A stretch of DNA of 63,997 nt, the filler included, from Candidatus Woesearchaeota archaeon (GTDB lineage Archaea; Nanobdellota; Nanobdellia; Woesearchaeales; CG1-02-33-12), in assembly GCA_018399355.1 (NCBI GenBank). It is 3 parts of 3 records of this genome, joined end to end, with 100 filler letters (N's around TTAATTAATTAA, not from the genome) between each part and the next. Parts side by side here need not be neighbours in the genome. Positions count along the whole stretch, not along the records: positions 26,297 to 48,735 come from JAGYOA010000011.1; positions 48,836 to 63,997 come from JAGYOA010000020.1; 1 more part is not named here. One strand, given 5' to 3'. The stretch's first letter is position 1; each line of letters starts with the position of its first letter. This document shows, piece after piece, positions 37,950 through 48,848 of this stretch. Made by a program: the position numbers and the translations under genes. The notes below the pieces were generated by a model that ran no database searches, was not told where the DNA came from, and worked only from the letters and a program-made list of their open reading frames with translations.

Positions 37950-38864
37950 ATGGTTTATGATTTAATTGTAATTGGACAGGGTCCGGCAGGCCTCTCAGCA
38001 GGAATATATGCATCAAGATATAAGATTAATGCGCTCATTATAGGTGAAGAGCCGGGCGGAACAGCAACGCATGCTTACAAGATAGAAAATTATCCTGGGT
38101 TCAGCTCTATATCTGGTTTGGATTTAATGAAAAAATTTAGGGAGCAGATAACTGATTCTGTTGAGATAAAACAGGAAAAGGTTATTGAGTTAAAGAAAGA
38201 GGATTTGTTTATTGTTACAACAGATAAAGAGATTTACAAATCAAAAGCAGTTATTGTTGCGGCAGGAACAAAAAGAAGAGAGCTTAACATTCCTGGAGAG
38301 CACGAATTTTTAGGCAAGGGAGTCAGTTATTGCGCAACATGTGATGCGATGTTCTTTAAGGACAAAAGAGTTGCGGTTGTCGGAGGAAATGATGCGGCTG
38401 CAATGTCTGCAATGCTTGTTTCAGAGTATGCCAGCGAGGTTTTTATAATCTATAGAAAGGAAAAAATAAGGGCAGAGCCTAAAAAGGTAGAAATGATTGA
38501 AAACAACAAAAAGATAAAGATAATAAACAATACAAATGTTTTGGAGATAAAAGGAAACAATATGGTTGAATCACTGGTTCTTGACAAGGAATATAATGGG
38601 AGCAGTGAAATAAAGGTTGATGGAGTATTTATAGAAATTGGCTCAGTTCCCTCAACAGTGCTTACAAACAAAACAGGAGTTAACCTTGATGAGAATGGTT
38701 ATATAATTGTTGATGAGGGAATGAAGACAAATATAAAAGGAGTTTATGCTGCAGGAGACATAACAACAGGCTCTGACAAATTCTGGCAGATAATAACTGC
38801 TGCATCAGAAGGGGCTATAGCAGCAAAATCTGCCTATGATTTTTTGAAAAATGAAAATGCATGA
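37950..38864 (+). CDS. trxB: Thioredoxin reductase
   Basis: GQGPAG, GVSYCATCD, GVYAAGD. Confidence 0.92.
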   Translation: MVYDLIVIGQGPAGLSAGIYASRYKINALIIGEEPGGTATHAYKIENYPGFSSISGLDLMKKFREQITDSVEIKQEKVIELKKEDLFIVTTDKEIYKSKAVIVAAGTKRRELNIPGEHEFLGKGVSYCATCDAMFFKDKRVAVVGGNDAAAMSAMLVSEYASEVFIIYRKEKIRAEPKKVEMIENNKKIKIINNTNVLEIKGNNMVESLVLDKEYNGSSEIKVDGVFIEIGSVPSTVLTNKTGVNLDENGYIIVDEGMKTNIKGVYAAGDITTGSDKFWQIITAASEGAIAAKSAYDFLKNENA

Positions 38865-39033
38865 AGAATGGAAAAAAAATATTGAAAAAAAGCTTAATGA
38901 GGTTGGGCTTGATAAGATTCCTTCGGTTGTTAAAAGATGTCCAAAGTGTAACTCATTGAGTTTAGAGTTTGATGAAAAAACAGGAAGATTATTCTGCACA
39001 AAGTGCGGATTTGAGGTTCTTCTTCCAAAATAA
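38851..39033 (+). CDS. Small Zn-ribbon protein
   Basis: CPKC...CTKC. Confidence 0.65.
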   Translation: MKMHEEWKKNIEKKLNEVGLDKIPSVVKRCPKCNSLSLEFDEKTGRLFCTKCGFEVLLPK

Positions 39034-39047
39034 AGAGGTGTTAAAAA

Positions 39048-39620
39048 ATGACATTACAGCACAGGCAGCAGCGCGTAGGAGTATTCGCTGATGTGCAGAA
39101 CATGTATTATTCTGCAAAAAATATGTATAACTCAAAGGTAAACTTTATAGAAATACTAAAGGAAGCAGTAGGAAAAAGGGCATTGATAAGGGCAATAGCA
39201 TACTGCATAAAGGCAGATATTTCTGATGAAAGCAATTTTTTTGACAGATTAGAGAAAATAGGATTTGAAGTAAAGGCAAAAGATATTCAGATATTTCCAG
39301 GAGGAGCAAAGAAAGGTGACTGGGATATTGGGATAGCTATGGATATGATTGAGCTTGCTCCAAGGCTTGACACCCTGATTCTTGTAAGCGGAGACGGTGA
39401 TTTCGTTCCACTAATACAGCATTTGAAAAGAGCAGTCGGCTGTAGGGTTGAGGTTATTGCATTCGGAAGAAGCGCATCATCAAAAATTAAAGAGGAAGCA
39501 GACAGCTTTTTTGACCTGGATGTTAAAAAAGAGAAATTCCTTATACCAATAAAAAAACAGGGAAAAAGGAAAAATAATGGTGAAAATGTACAGGATAAAG
39601 GAAAAAAAGGTTCTAGCTGA
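39048..39620 (+). CDS. NYN domain protein (LabA/DUF88)
   Basis: DVQNMYY, KGDWD, SGDGDF. Confidence 0.92.
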   Translation: MTLQHRQQRVGVFADVQNMYYSAKNMYNSKVNFIEILKEAVGKRALIRAIAYCIKADISDESNFFDRLEKIGFEVKAKDIQIFPGGAKKGDWDIGIAMDMIELAPRLDTLILVSGDGDFVPLIQHLKRAVGCRVEVIAFGRSASSKIKEEADSFFDLDVKKEKFLIPIKKQGKRKNNGENVQDKGKKGSS

Positions 39621-40401
39621 AAAAACTATCTTGATTAGGATAATAGCGCCTGAAATAGCAAAAAAGGCAAGGGCAGGGAATTTTGCAATATTAAGGATTG
39701 ATGAAAAAGGAGAAAGAATACCTCTTACAATAGTTGATTATGACAAAGATACAATAACCTTTATATTTCTTGTTGTGGGAAAAACAACAAATGATTTATC
39801 AAAATTAAATGAAGGCGATTCTATTCTTGATGTTGTCGGGCCATTGGGAAATGCAATTGATGTTGAAAAATACGGCAAAGTTGTTTTTGTGGGAGGAGGA
39901 TTAGGAATTGCAGCAATCTATCCTCAATTAAAGGCACTTAAGAAACTTAACAAAATAATCTCAATAATTGGTGCAAGAACAAAAGAACTTCTTTTTCTTG
40001 TTGATGAGATTAAAGAAAATTCCAATGAAACAATTATCTGCACTGATGACGGTTCTCTTGGCAGAAAAGGGTTTGTCACAGAGGCACTAAAGGATTTAAT
40101 TGAAAATGAAAAAATTGACAGAGTTATTGCTATAGGTCCGCCAATTATGATGAAGGCTGTTTCTGATGTTACAAGAGATAAGAAAATAAAGACAATTGCA
40201 TCCATAAACACGATAATGGTTGATGGCATAGGAATGTGCGGAAGCTGCAGGGTAAGGGTTAACAATGAAATAAAATTTGCGTGCGTTGACGGTCCGGAGT
40301 TTGATGCGCATGAAATTGACTGGGACGAATTTTTGAAAAGGAATTCAAGGTATAAGGAAGAAGAGCATGAGTGTATGATGGCAAAAAATAATGGAAAATA
40401 A
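39577..40401 (+). CDS. nfnA: NfnA/SudB-type transhydrogenase small subunit
   Basis: GERIPLTI, GPLG, MVDGIGMCGSC, ACVDGPEFD. Confidence 0.92.
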   Translation: MVKMYRIKEKKVLAEKTILIRIIAPEIAKKARAGNFAILRIDEKGERIPLTIVDYDKDTITFIFLVVGKTTNDLSKLNEGDSILDVVGPLGNAIDVEKYGKVVFVGGGLGIAAIYPQLKALKKLNKIISIIGARTKELLFLVDEIKENSNETIICTDDGSLGRKGFVTEALKDLIENEKIDRVIAIGPPIMMKAVSDVTRDKKIKTIASINTIMVDGIGMCGSCRVRVNNEIKFACVDGPEFDAHEIDWDEFLKRNSRYKEEEHECMMAKNNGK

Positions 40402-41740
40402 AGAGCAAAAGCAAAAAGAGATGAGCCCTGGGGAAAGAATAAAGGGTTTTAATGAGGTATCTTTGGGTTATACAAGAGAGCAGGCAGTTAAGGAGGCAAG
40501 AAGATGTTTACAGTGCAAGGTTCCTTTGTGCGAGAGAGGATGTCCTGCAGGAATCTCAATAAAAAACTTCATAAAACATATTGCTGATGAGGATTTTGAT
40601 TCTGCTTTAAGAGTTATATTAGAAAAAAACAGCCTTCCTGGTGTCTGCGGAAGGGTTTGCCCTGCTGAGGATAATTGCAAAAGAATGTGTGTGAGTAATC
40701 CTAAAATAAACATTAACCTTCTTGAAAGGTTTGTTGCAGATAATTCTAAAAAGATTATTGCGGAATCTAAAAAAGATAAAGGAAAGATTGCTGTTATTGG
40801 TTCTGGACCTGCGGGATTATCATGCAGCTCAGACCTCGCTTTAATGGGATATGATCTTGTTTTGTTTGAGGCTTTGCACACTGCAGGAGGAGTTTTGAGT
40901 TATGGTATTCCTGAGTTCAGGCTTCCAAAAAATATTGTAAATAATGAAGTTGAGTATGTACGGAATTTAGGTGTTGAGATAAAACTTAATTCAGTAGTAG
41001 GAAAGACATTTGATTTAAGGGAAATATCAAAAGAGTATGATGCTGTCTTTATTTCAACCGGAGCAGGGCTTCCTTATTTTTTAGGAATTGATGGAGAAAA
41101 TCTAAACAATGTTTATTCTGCAAATGAATTTTTATCAAGAAACAACCTTATGAAATCTTATAAATTTCCTGAATACAAAACTCCTTTGAAGAGATCCAGA
41201 AAAACAGTTGTTATAGGGGGAGGGAATGTTGCAATTGATGCTGCAAGGACAGCAAGGCGCCTTGGTTCAGAGGTAGTTGTTGTTTACAGGCGCTCAAAAG
41301 ATGAGATGCCTGCAAGAACTCAAGAAGTAAATCATGCAGAGCAGGAAGGAATTGAGTTTAATTTATTGGCAAATCCATTAAGTATAATTGGAAAGGATGA
41401 TGTTGAAGGCATTGAATGCATAAGGATGGAACTTGGAGAGCCTGATGATTCCGGAAGGAGGAGACCCTTTCCAGTTAAAGGTTCTGAGTTTATTATAGAT
41501 TGTAGGCAGGTAATTGTTGCGATTGGACAAGGGCCAAATCCTTTAATTCAAAAAACAATAAATTTAAATACTGGAAAAAAAGGAAATATAACAATTAATG
41601 AGAGATACGAGACATCAATAAACAATGTTTATGCAGGCGGCGACATAACATCCGGATCATCAACAGTGATAAATGCAATAAGAGATGGAAAGTCAGCTGC
41701 AAAACAGATTGATGAAACATTAAAAAAGAGGAGAAGATGA
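40391..41740 (+). CDS. nfnB: NfnB/SudA-type (GltD-like) large subunit
   Basis: EARRCLQC, CGRVCP, YGIPEFRLPK, GGGNVAID. Confidence 0.9.
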   Translation: MENKEQKQKEMSPGERIKGFNEVSLGYTREQAVKEARRCLQCKVPLCERGCPAGISIKNFIKHIADEDFDSALRVILEKNSLPGVCGRVCPAEDNCKRMCVSNPKININLLERFVADNSKKIIAESKKDKGKIAVIGSGPAGLSCSSDLALMGYDLVLFEALHTAGGVLSYGIPEFRLPKNIVNNEVEYVRNLGVEIKLNSVVGKTFDLREISKEYDAVFISTGAGLPYFLGIDGENLNNVYSANEFLSRNNLMKSYKFPEYKTPLKRSRKTVVIGGGNVAIDAARTARRLGSEVVVVYRRSKDEMPARTQEVNHAEQEGIEFNLLANPLSIIGKDDVEGIECIRMELGEPDDSGRRRPFPVKGSEFIIDCRQVIVAIGQGPNPLIQKTINLNTGKKGNITINERYETSINNVYAGGDITSGSSTVINAIRDGKSAAKQIDETLKKRRR

Positions 41741-42153
41741 AGGCAATAAGAAAAAAACTTATACTGTTATTTTTATTTCTTGTTCTATCTATATTTGTTG
41801 TGAATGCCATGAGCGCTGTAGGAGATATTCTTTTAACTTATTTGATAGTTGTTTCAGGGATATATGTAAGCATGGCATACATAATAGTAACCTTTGTGCT
41901 TCACAAGCACCGCCTTCCAACGGATTCATGGATATTCTTTTCAATAGTTGCAATATTTATAGCAGCAAGCAGTTTCTTTGGAAGGTTTATGGGTAATTGG
42001 ATTGTCGCAGAGCAGTTTCTTGCAATGAGCATGATTGTTCTTTTCTTGGCGGCATTACTCAAGTTTTGGAGAGTAATGGCTCTTACTGAGAAAAACAAGG
42101 AAAAAGTTAAAAAGAAAGCAAAAATCAAGAAGAAAAGCAAAAAGAAATCATAA
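41737..42153 (+). CDS. Four-TM membrane protein
   Basis: Hydrophobic helices; basic tail; ATGA overlap. Confidence 0.6.
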   Translation: MKAIRKKLILLFLFLVLSIFVVNAMSAVGDILLTYLIVVSGIYVSMAYIIVTFVLHKHRLPTDSWIFFSIVAIFIAASSFFGRFMGNWIVAEQFLAMSMIVLFLAALLKFWRVMALTEKNKEKVKKKAKIKKKSKKKS

Positions 42154-42537
42154 TTCAACCTTAAGCAGGTTAAGCTCTTTTATCATATTCATATAGCCTT
42201 CAACAGACTTTTTGCTTTTAATTTTTTCAACCTTTTCTTTTACAGCAGAAAGAAAATTAATTATTTTTTTCTTGTCATTTTCTTGGTTTTGCATTATTAT
42301 ATTCACAGAGTTGTCAAACATTTCTTGTCCGTTGAACTTCATATGAATGTTCTTTTCCATTTTTTTAAGGTCATTAAAGATGTGCTCTGCAACCATTTCA
42401 GGATAATCAACTAATGTATGCCTCATTATCTGCTTGTTTGAGCCGTCATTAAAATCAATTTCCAAATCCACAGAGTAATCTCTTGCAGAAAAAGAATTTA
42501 CTTTTATCTTGTTTATTTTGACATTGATTATTTTCAT
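42148..42537 (-). CDS. Hypothetical protein
   Basis: Clean ORF in an overlapping minus-strand operon. Confidence 0.55.
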   Translation of the reverse strand: MKIINVKINKIKVNSFSARDYSVDLEIDFNDGSNKQIMRHTLVDYPEMVAEHIFNDLKKMEKNIHMKFNGQEMFDNSVNIIMQNQENDKKKIINFLSAVKEKVEKIKSKKSVEGYMNMIKELNLLKVEL

Positions 42538-42725
42538 CTGTTTATCTCAACAAATTTGGCTATTGACCTATCATAGGTTTTTTCTACATCATCAGGAAAA
42601 CAGCATGCCGGTAATTCATTCCTGCTTAAGTGATATTTAAGGCACACACAACACTTTCCTTTCTTATCACAAGAATAAGTGCAGTTGCAGTTTTCCAGGT
42701 TTTTCTCCTTATCACATTCCATCAT
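42534..42725 (-). CDS. Small Cys-rich protein (DUF6485-like)
   Basis: [16 protein letters not shown]....ELPACCF. Confidence 0.75.
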   Translation of the reverse strand: MMECDKEKNLENCNCTYSCDKKGKCCVCLKYHLSRNELPACCFPDDVEKTYDRSIAKFVEINR

Positions 42726-44317
42726 TCTTCACTTATTTTTTTCTTTAATTCTTCAAGCTTCTCCTCAATCTCCTTGATTAAATCTTCTGTTGAAGGCCCT
42801 TCTTCTTGTTCTTCATCATCTTTTATTATCTTTCCTGTGTTTACAAAGTGGACTACTCCTTCATCTGTTTCAAAAGAAAGAACATTATTTGTTTCAGAGT
42901 CAACAAAAATAGTGTGAGAGATTCCAGCAAAGTCATTTGGAGTTATTGAAAGCATCCAGTAAAGCTTTCCATTTACAACATATGGCCTTGGTTCAATTAT
43001 AGTGAACCTTGACCAGTCTATCATTGGAAATTGTTTTCTTACATAGTCGACAACCATCACCGGACCAGTAAGAGTTTTGTCCTCATCCATCTCAAGCATA
43101 TCTATTTTTCCGGTTACAGCATCAACTAAGAATATTTTAAAAACACCATAGCTTTCTCCGTATGGCTCTGCAGCAATTATCCATTTTAATCCCTGTTCAG
43201 TCGGCATAAGGAAGGGTTGTTTGTTGTGCTGGCCGTAAACATCAGCTACTTCTATTTGGTCTTTGTGCAAGAACCATGCATTGAATACTCCAAGGTGATA
43301 CTGATATGATTCAACATACAGTCTTGCAAGCTTTTCAGGATATGCCCTATTGTTCTTAATATACTCAATATTTTGTATCTCTGATGGAGAATATTTTTGT
43401 ATTTCCCCTTCTGAGTTAACCACATAAACACCGTCAAAATAAGGAATCATCACAGGAAATTTGAATTTGTATTTTATAACAGGGGCTATTGTAAGAATAT
43501 CCCCTTCATGCATTATATAATATATTTCTCCTAACTCTACAAAATATTCTTCTTTGTAAAGGTTCCAGTAAATATTATCAGTTATTCCTATCTCTTCTCC
43601 AATCTCGAGCTGCTTGCTTATCATCTTTGTGTTCCTGCTGCTCTTTTCAGCATCAACAGCCATAAGCCCCTGAACTTTCTGCGTGAAGTAAAGTATAAAT
43701 CCATCAGGAACTCTTGGTGATGTCCATATTAAGGTGTCATTAATTTCAACAAAATCAAAATCGCCCATCTTTTCCCTTGATTTCTGTAAACTATCTTTTG
43801 CATATCTTTCTGCAACTGCAAGGGGAACTATCCTTGCCCTTGATGCATCAGGAAGCTCGTTTATTAAATGATAATTTGTATCGCTTACAATATACCTCTG
43901 GACTATCAAATCATTTAACGAGGTTACTATAAAAAAGAATATTACAAGTGCTACAATCACATAACCAATTTTGTTTTTCTTTTTCATGAATAAAAATGAG
44001 GATATAAATGCGAAGATTAAGGCGAGAATAATACTTGGATGTGTGTAAAAGAGCATGAAAAAATCATGGAACCATGGCCTGAAAAAATAAACCAACAGCA
44101 GAAAAAATATTAAAAACACCCAGAATGAAACACTTTTGTATGGATTTTTCACATCAATCACCTTTTCTTTTTTATGCGGGGAAATTTTATTTTCAATTAA
44201 ATAGCCTAGAATACCGCCTAAAATCATCCAGAATAACATGCCCCCTATAAATAATCCGATTAATGCGCCTATTAAGACTCCTATGCTCCAAAGCGGATTT
44301 CTTTTATTAATAATCAA
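42722..44317 (-). CDS. Multi-TM protein with large extracytoplasmic domain
   Basis: N-terminal TMs; repeated VDA/VDS beta motifs; SD AGGTGA before TTG. Confidence 0.6.
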   Translation of the reverse strand: MIINKRNPLWSIGVLIGALIGLFIGGMLFWMILGGILGYLIENKISPHKKEKVIDVKNPYKSVSFWVFLIFFLLLVYFFRPWFHDFFMLFYTHPSIILALIFAFISSFLFMKKKNKIGYVIVALVIFFFIVTSLNDLIVQRYIVSDTNYHLINELPDASRARIVPLAVAERYAKDSLQKSREKMGDFDFVEINDTLIWTSPRVPDGFILYFTQKVQGLMAVDAEKSSRNTKMISKQLEIGEEIGITDNIYWNLYKEEYFVELGEIYYIMHEGDILTIAPVIKYKFKFPVMIPYFDGVYVVNSEGEIQKYSPSEIQNIEYIKNNRAYPEKLARLYVESYQYHLGVFNAWFLHKDQIEVADVYGQHNKQPFLMPTEQGLKWIIAAEPYGESYGVFKIFLVDAVTGKIDMLEMDEDKTLTGPVMVVDYVRKQFPMIDWSRFTIIEPRPYVVNGKLYWMLSITPNDFAGISHTIFVDSETNNVLSFETDEGVVHFVNTGKIIKDDEEQEEGPSTEDLIKEIEEKLEELKKKISEE

Positions 44318-44321
44318 AATA

Positions 44322-44504
44322 TCACCTTCTATAGTTTATTATGTCGCTGAGTTCTTCCATTAATCTTGATTCTTTTGGCCTTTGTTGTATATTAAAATAA
44401 TCTTTTTCCTGGTAGATTTTTCTAATATCATTTATTTCCGGACCGAAATGTACTCTGAAGTAAGTTCTTTTATTATTCAAGTATTTGTCGAAGTTTAGTC
44501 CCAT
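44322..44504 (-). CDS. Hypothetical 60-aa protein
   Basis: TTTAAATA box upstream; heads the minus-strand operon. Confidence 0.4.
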   Translation of the reverse strand: MGLNFDKYLNNKRTYFRVHFGPEINDIRKIYQEKDYFNIQQRPKESRLMEELSDIINYRR

Positions 44505-44542
44505 AACTGTATATTAGAAAAGCAATTATTTAAACTTATTGA

Positions 44543-45571
44543 TTATTTTTTCATGTAAATTGTTCTTGTTGGGAATGGAATCTTTATTCCTGCCTTTAAC
44601 AATGCTTCATGAATCATGCACCTTGCCTGCTCTGATGCTTTAAACCTTTTTGACACATCATCCACCCAGAACCTTGCCTTGAAATCAAGGGAGAAATCAT
44701 TTGCCTCTGAAAAAATAACACTTGGGGCTGGCTCTTCAAGCACATTCTCTATTTTCTTTACTGTATTAAGAACAACATCCTTAACCTTGTTTATATCAGA
44801 ACCATAAGCAACCCCGAATTCAATTACACTCCTTGCCTTAACATCCGGCTGCACATAATTATGTATTTTTGAATTGGCCATCTTGCCGTTTGGAATTATA
44901 ATTAGCTCATTATCCCAGTTTTTTATCCTGGTGCTTCTTAAGCTTATATCATAAACAATGCCTGTATCTCCTGACTCAACCTTTATTCTGTCTCCCACTT
45001 TGTAATTCTTGTCAAGTATAATTGATATTCCTCCAAAGATGTTGGAAAAGCTGTCTTTTAATGCAAAGCCTATTATTATTCCTGCAATTCCCAGGCCTGC
45101 AAAAAATCCAGTTAAATCTTTTTCCCATACCTCACTTAATATAATGAATATTCCTAATAAAAGGATCATCATTTTTGAAAATTGGTGTATTAAGGGAATT
45201 ATTGTGTCTACGCTTGACTGCGATTTTTTTGCCCAGTGTCTGGCCCATACATTAATTATCGCATCAAGAAGTATTATGGCAAAGTATGTTATGATAAGCG
45301 CTATGAAAGAGTCTATTATTCTTGATATCAGAATATTCATTATATCCAGCTTATTAATGACATATCTTGCTGCAAGAAGGATGATTGTAAAGGTTATTAC
45401 AGGGTCTGCCCTTCCAAGAAGAATATCATCAAACTTTGTTTTTGTTTTTTTGACAAATTTTCCAAGAATCTTTTTAACTATAAATCCAACTAATTTTGCT
45501 ATTACAACAAATATTGCAAATATTATTATTGATTTTACATAAGGATTGCTCAACAATTGGGTTATGTCCAT
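44543..45571 (-). CDS. mscS: Small-conductance mechanosensitive channel
   Basis: GIAGIIIGFALKD, KVGDRI, IPN, IPFP. Confidence 0.93.
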   Translation of the reverse strand: MDITQLLSNPYVKSIIIFAIFVVIAKLVGFIVKKILGKFVKKTKTKFDDILLGRADPVITFTIILLAARYVINKLDIMNILISRIIDSFIALIITYFAIILLDAIINVWARHWAKKSQSSVDTIIPLIHQFSKMMILLLGIFIILSEVWEKDLTGFFAGLGIAGIIIGFALKDSFSNIFGGISIILDKNYKVGDRIKVESGDTGIVYDISLRSTRIKNWDNELIIIPNGKMANSKIHNYVQPDVKARSVIEFGVAYGSDINKVKDVVLNTVKKIENVLEEPAPSVIFSEANDFSLDFKARFWVDDVSKRFKASEQARCMIHEALLKAGIKIPFPTRTIYMKK

Positions 45572-45605
45572 AAAATTAAGAAATCTTATTGGTATTTATA
45601 GGTTT

Positions 45606-46142
45606 TTATTTTGCTGCAGGCTTGTTTTGCCTTACAACAACAGAATAAGAGTTTGGAAGCTTTTTTGATGCTCTGTCAAGGGCTTTTTTTGCGACATCAA
45701 TTCCGCTTTTGTTGACTCTTGCAATGCATACTTTTTGTCCTTTTTTCAGCTGTGCAGCAGCTCCAATAGCCTTTCCGAATGACATCTTCATTCCAGTGGA
45801 CATTCTGTCTGCTCCGGCTCCACTTGCCAATGGATTTTCTCTTAAAATATGAAAAGGATATACCATTATCTTCATGAAGTATCCGTTTTTTCCAAGCTCT
45901 TTTTCAAGAACCCTGTTTGCGCCCTGCCTTGCTGATTCAATTGCATCGTGCCTTATCTGCAAGTTGGTTTTTGAGACAAGCTCTAGAGTATAAGTGAATT
46001 CTTTTCTTGGGTCTCCCATTTCAAACCTTACTATTTTGAGATTAGGGCTTGACCTAATAAAAGACTTATTCCTGAATTTCGAAACCCTTGTGTAGGGCCT
46101 TTCAACTTTTCTGTAAGCTGAAAACTTTCTTATTCTTGCCAT
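45606..46142 (-). CDS. rpl10e: 50S ribosomal protein L10e (uL16)
   Basis: QIRHDAIESAR, GAGADR..GM..SFGK. Confidence 0.95.
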   Translation of the reverse strand: MARIRKFSAYRKVERPYTRVSKFRNKSFIRSSPNLKIVRFEMGDPRKEFTYTLELVSKTNLQIRHDAIESARQGANRVLEKELGKNGYFMKIMVYPFHILRENPLASGAGADRMSTGMKMSFGKAIGAAAQLKKGQKVCIARVNKSGIDVAKKALDRASKKLPNSYSVVVRQNKPAAK

Positions 46143-46259
46143 GCTTTTTTGGGAAAAGAGGATAATTTAAAAAGCTTTCTAAAAGAAATAATACTTTAAT
46201 AGAAAGTTTTATAAATAATTACTATATTAGTATACATAATTCAAAAGAGGTGATCATTA

Positions 46260-46793
46260 ATGAGCTTAAATAAAAGAGGAGGGCTTGAGATTTCTATTAA
46301 TGCTATTGTAATACTGATTCTTGCTGTTACTGTGCTTGGGCTTGGCCTGACATTCATAAGAAATATGATGGGAGGGGCAATGGACCAGCTTGGAAGCGTT
46401 AGCGAGGATATAAAAAACGACATGATAGACAGGCTGAGGGAGAGCAATGAAAGACTTGCCTTTCGTGAAAACGATATTTCTGTAAAGAAAAATGAAAAAA
46501 AAGAAATATATTTTGGTTTAAGAAATGAAGAAGATCCTAAATTTTTTGATATTGATATGATATGTGACAGTTCAATGAGTGAGGACTTAACTGAGGCAGA
46601 TATTGAGAACTACGTCTCATTTGATTATTTCAGGGAAACAAAGGAAGAACTTGAAAAAGATGAAATAATAGTCTTAAAGGCAGTTGTAAAGGTATCTCCT
46701 AATGCTGTTACAACAACATATATGTGCAGTGTTAAAATTGAGGATGATTTGGGAGAGTATGCTTCAAAGACATTTTATGTAACAGTGACATGA
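46260..46793 (+). CDS. Pilin-like protein, class III signal peptide
   Basis: KRG|GLEISINAIVILILAV. Confidence 0.8.
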   Translation: MSLNKRGGLEISINAIVILILAVTVLGLGLTFIRNMMGGAMDQLGSVSEDIKNDMIDRLRESNERLAFRENDISVKKNEKKEIYFGLRNEEDPKFFDIDMICDSSMSEDLTEADIENYVSFDYFRETKEELEKDEIIVLKAVVKVSPNAVTTTYMCSVKIEDDLGEYASKTFYVTVT

Positions 46794-46797
46794 TAAA

Positions 46798-47607
46798 ATG
46801 AAATCAAAAATTATTTTTTCATTGATTATTTTTTCTTTGCTTTTTGTAAGCGGATGCAAGGAATGTAAGGTTAGCTCTGACTGCAACTCAAAGGCAAGGG
46901 ATATGTATTCTGGATATTCAACAAGCTGCCTTGATATTGAATGTGCTGATAATAAATGCGAGATAAGCGAAATAAGCAAATGCTGCGGAAATAAAAGATG
47001 CGAGAGAGATGCAGGAGAAAATGAATGCACATGCTCTACAGATTGTGGAGAATGCGAGGGAAAAGGAGAGGTTCAGATAGGCTCAAGAACTTATGATGCG
47101 CAGTATCTTGAATATGGATGCAGCACAGATAATGAATGTAAGCTTATGATTGATGATTCTTTGATAAATAAGGTTTCCCTTACTGATGACAAGGAATTTA
47201 GTTATTTTACAATAGAAATAAAATCATCTTATGATTCTCCTTTTAATATCGACAAATCAAATTTTTATGTTGATATAAAGCTTAAAGACACTGATGAAGA
47301 TTTAGTGCCCCCTGTTTCAATAACAAACCTTAAGCTGATTGAAAGAGAGCTTTTGATAGGGGAAACAGATGTTGATGAAACCCTGAGTTATATTGGTGAT
47401 TCCTCACCTATGAAGATCCCTGTAACTTATAGCATGCAGGAGATTGAGGAGGAAAAAAGAGTTAGTCTTGTAATTGATTATACATATATAATAAGGCAGA
47501 GAATAGACAGAGACAGCGAGGGAAACCCTCTTTATGAAGACAAGGTTGTAAGAGACTCATACACAAAATCATACAGTTCAAAAATGTTCTTTGTGGACCC
47601 AGAATAA
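46798..47607 (+). CDS. Cys-rich putative lipoprotein
   Basis: Lipobox-like FVSGC; CCGNKRCE..GENECTCSTDC. Confidence 0.7.
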   Translation: MKSKIIFSLIIFSLLFVSGCKECKVSSDCNSKARDMYSGYSTSCLDIECADNKCEISEISKCCGNKRCERDAGENECTCSTDCGECEGKGEVQIGSRTYDAQYLEYGCSTDNECKLMIDDSLINKVSLTDDKEFSYFTIEIKSSYDSPFNIDKSNFYVDIKLKDTDEDLVPPVSITNLKLIERELLIGETDVDETLSYIGDSSPMKIPVTYSMQEIEEEKRVSLVIDYTYIIRQRIDRDSEGNPLYEDKVVRDSYTKSYSSKMFFVDPE

Positions 47608-47608
47608 G

Positions 47609-48148
47609 ATGATGAAAAACAAAAAAGGAATAGAGCTTTCAATAAACTTCATAGTTATACTTATACTTTCAATAGTTATATTCGGCTTTGGAATAGTTTT
47701 TTTAAGGAATATGTTTATTGAAATTGGGACTATAAAGCAGGTTACAGATGAAGACTTTAAGGCTAATATAGAAAATCTTTTATGCGATTCTTCAGAAAGA
47801 ATTTGTATTGGAACAAACAGAAGAGAAATAAGAAGAAACAAGGTCGGTTTTTTTACATTGGGGATAAGAAACACATATCCGGAAAACAAGAATTTTTACA
47901 TTAATGTAGAGCAGGATGAAGATTTTGGGGATGCTGATCTTAGCACCTTAATTCACAATCAGGGGAAGATAAGCTTAAATCCCAATGAGCATGAGCAGGT
48001 TGGAATAGCTGTAGGTGTTCAAGGAAGCGCAGGAAAAGGAACTTATGTTCTGAATGTTTATGTGTGCATTGACGAAGATTCATCATGCGAAGAAGATTCT
48101 GATAAAAGGTATGGAACAACAAAGAAGATATATGTTGTTGTTAACTGA
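47609..48148 (+). CDS. Pilin-like protein, class III signal peptide
   Basis: KKG|IELSINFIVILIL. Confidence 0.8.
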   Translation: MMKNKKGIELSINFIVILILSIVIFGFGIVFLRNMFIEIGTIKQVTDEDFKANIENLLCDSSERICIGTNRREIRRNKVGFFTLGIRNTYPENKNFYINVEQDEDFGDADLSTLIHNQGKISLNPNEHEQVGIAVGVQGSAGKGTYVLNVYVCIDEDSSCEEDSDKRYGTTKKIYVVVN

Positions 48149-48734
48149 TTAATCCATTGATTAAGTCTTTTATTGCTTGTTCTTGATTTTCTGCTTTTAC
48201 AATTCCAGATGCAACAAGTATTCCTTCTGAGCCTAATTCTATTGCTTTTCTTACATCTTCTGAGTTTTTGACACCAGCTCCGCACAATACTCTTATATCA
48301 GGGTTTACTGATTTTATCGCCTTAACAGAATCTTCTATAACCTCTGGCTTGGCTGTTGATACAGAAATATCTCCCCCAATTAATTCAGGGGGCTCAACTG
48401 CAATAAAATCAGGACTTAACGATGCTATTTTTTTCGCGTCATCAGCATCTTTTGCGCACGCAACAACCTCGAGATTTATTTGTTTTGCTTTTTCTATTGA
48501 TTCTTTTAATGTTTGAAAATCAAGCCTGTGCTCTGAATGGTTTAAAATAGTTGCAACCGCTCCTGCATTTTTTACTGATTCAGGAAGTATGAATCCAGTA
48601 TTTCTTCCTGGTGTTATTGCATCAATATGCTGGCTTAACACTGGAATTGAAACATTTTCCGAGATTTTATTTATGTCTGTTACCTGCACTGAAACTGCAA
48701 TACTTGTGTTTGTTTCTTTTGCTAATCTGTCGCA
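48141..48734 (-). CDS. tpiA: Archaeal triosephosphate isomerase, 5' end lost at the contig edge
   Basis: NHSE, AVEPPELIG, LCGAGV, GILVASG. Confidence 0.93.
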   Translation of the reverse strand, partial: CDRLAKETNTSIAVSVQVTDINKISENVSIPVLSQHIDAITPGRNTGFILPESVKNAGAVATILNHSEHRLDFQTLKESIEKAKQINLEVVACAKDADDAKKIASLSPDFIAVEPPELIGGDISVSTAKPEVIEDSVKAIKSVNPDIRVLCGAGVKNSEDVRKAIELGSEGILVASGIVKAENQEQAIKDLINGLIS

Positions 48735-48735
48735 T

Positions 48736-48835
48736 NNNNNNNNNNNNNNNNNNNNNNNNNNNNNNNNNNNNNNNNNNNNTTAATTAATTAANNNNNNNNN
48801 NNNNNNNNNNNNNNNNNNNNNNNNNNNNNNNNNNN
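48736..48835. other. Artificial contig spacer
   Basis: 44 N + TTAATTAATTAA + 44 N. Confidence 0.97.
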
Positions 48836-48848
48836 ATAAAACAGGAAA

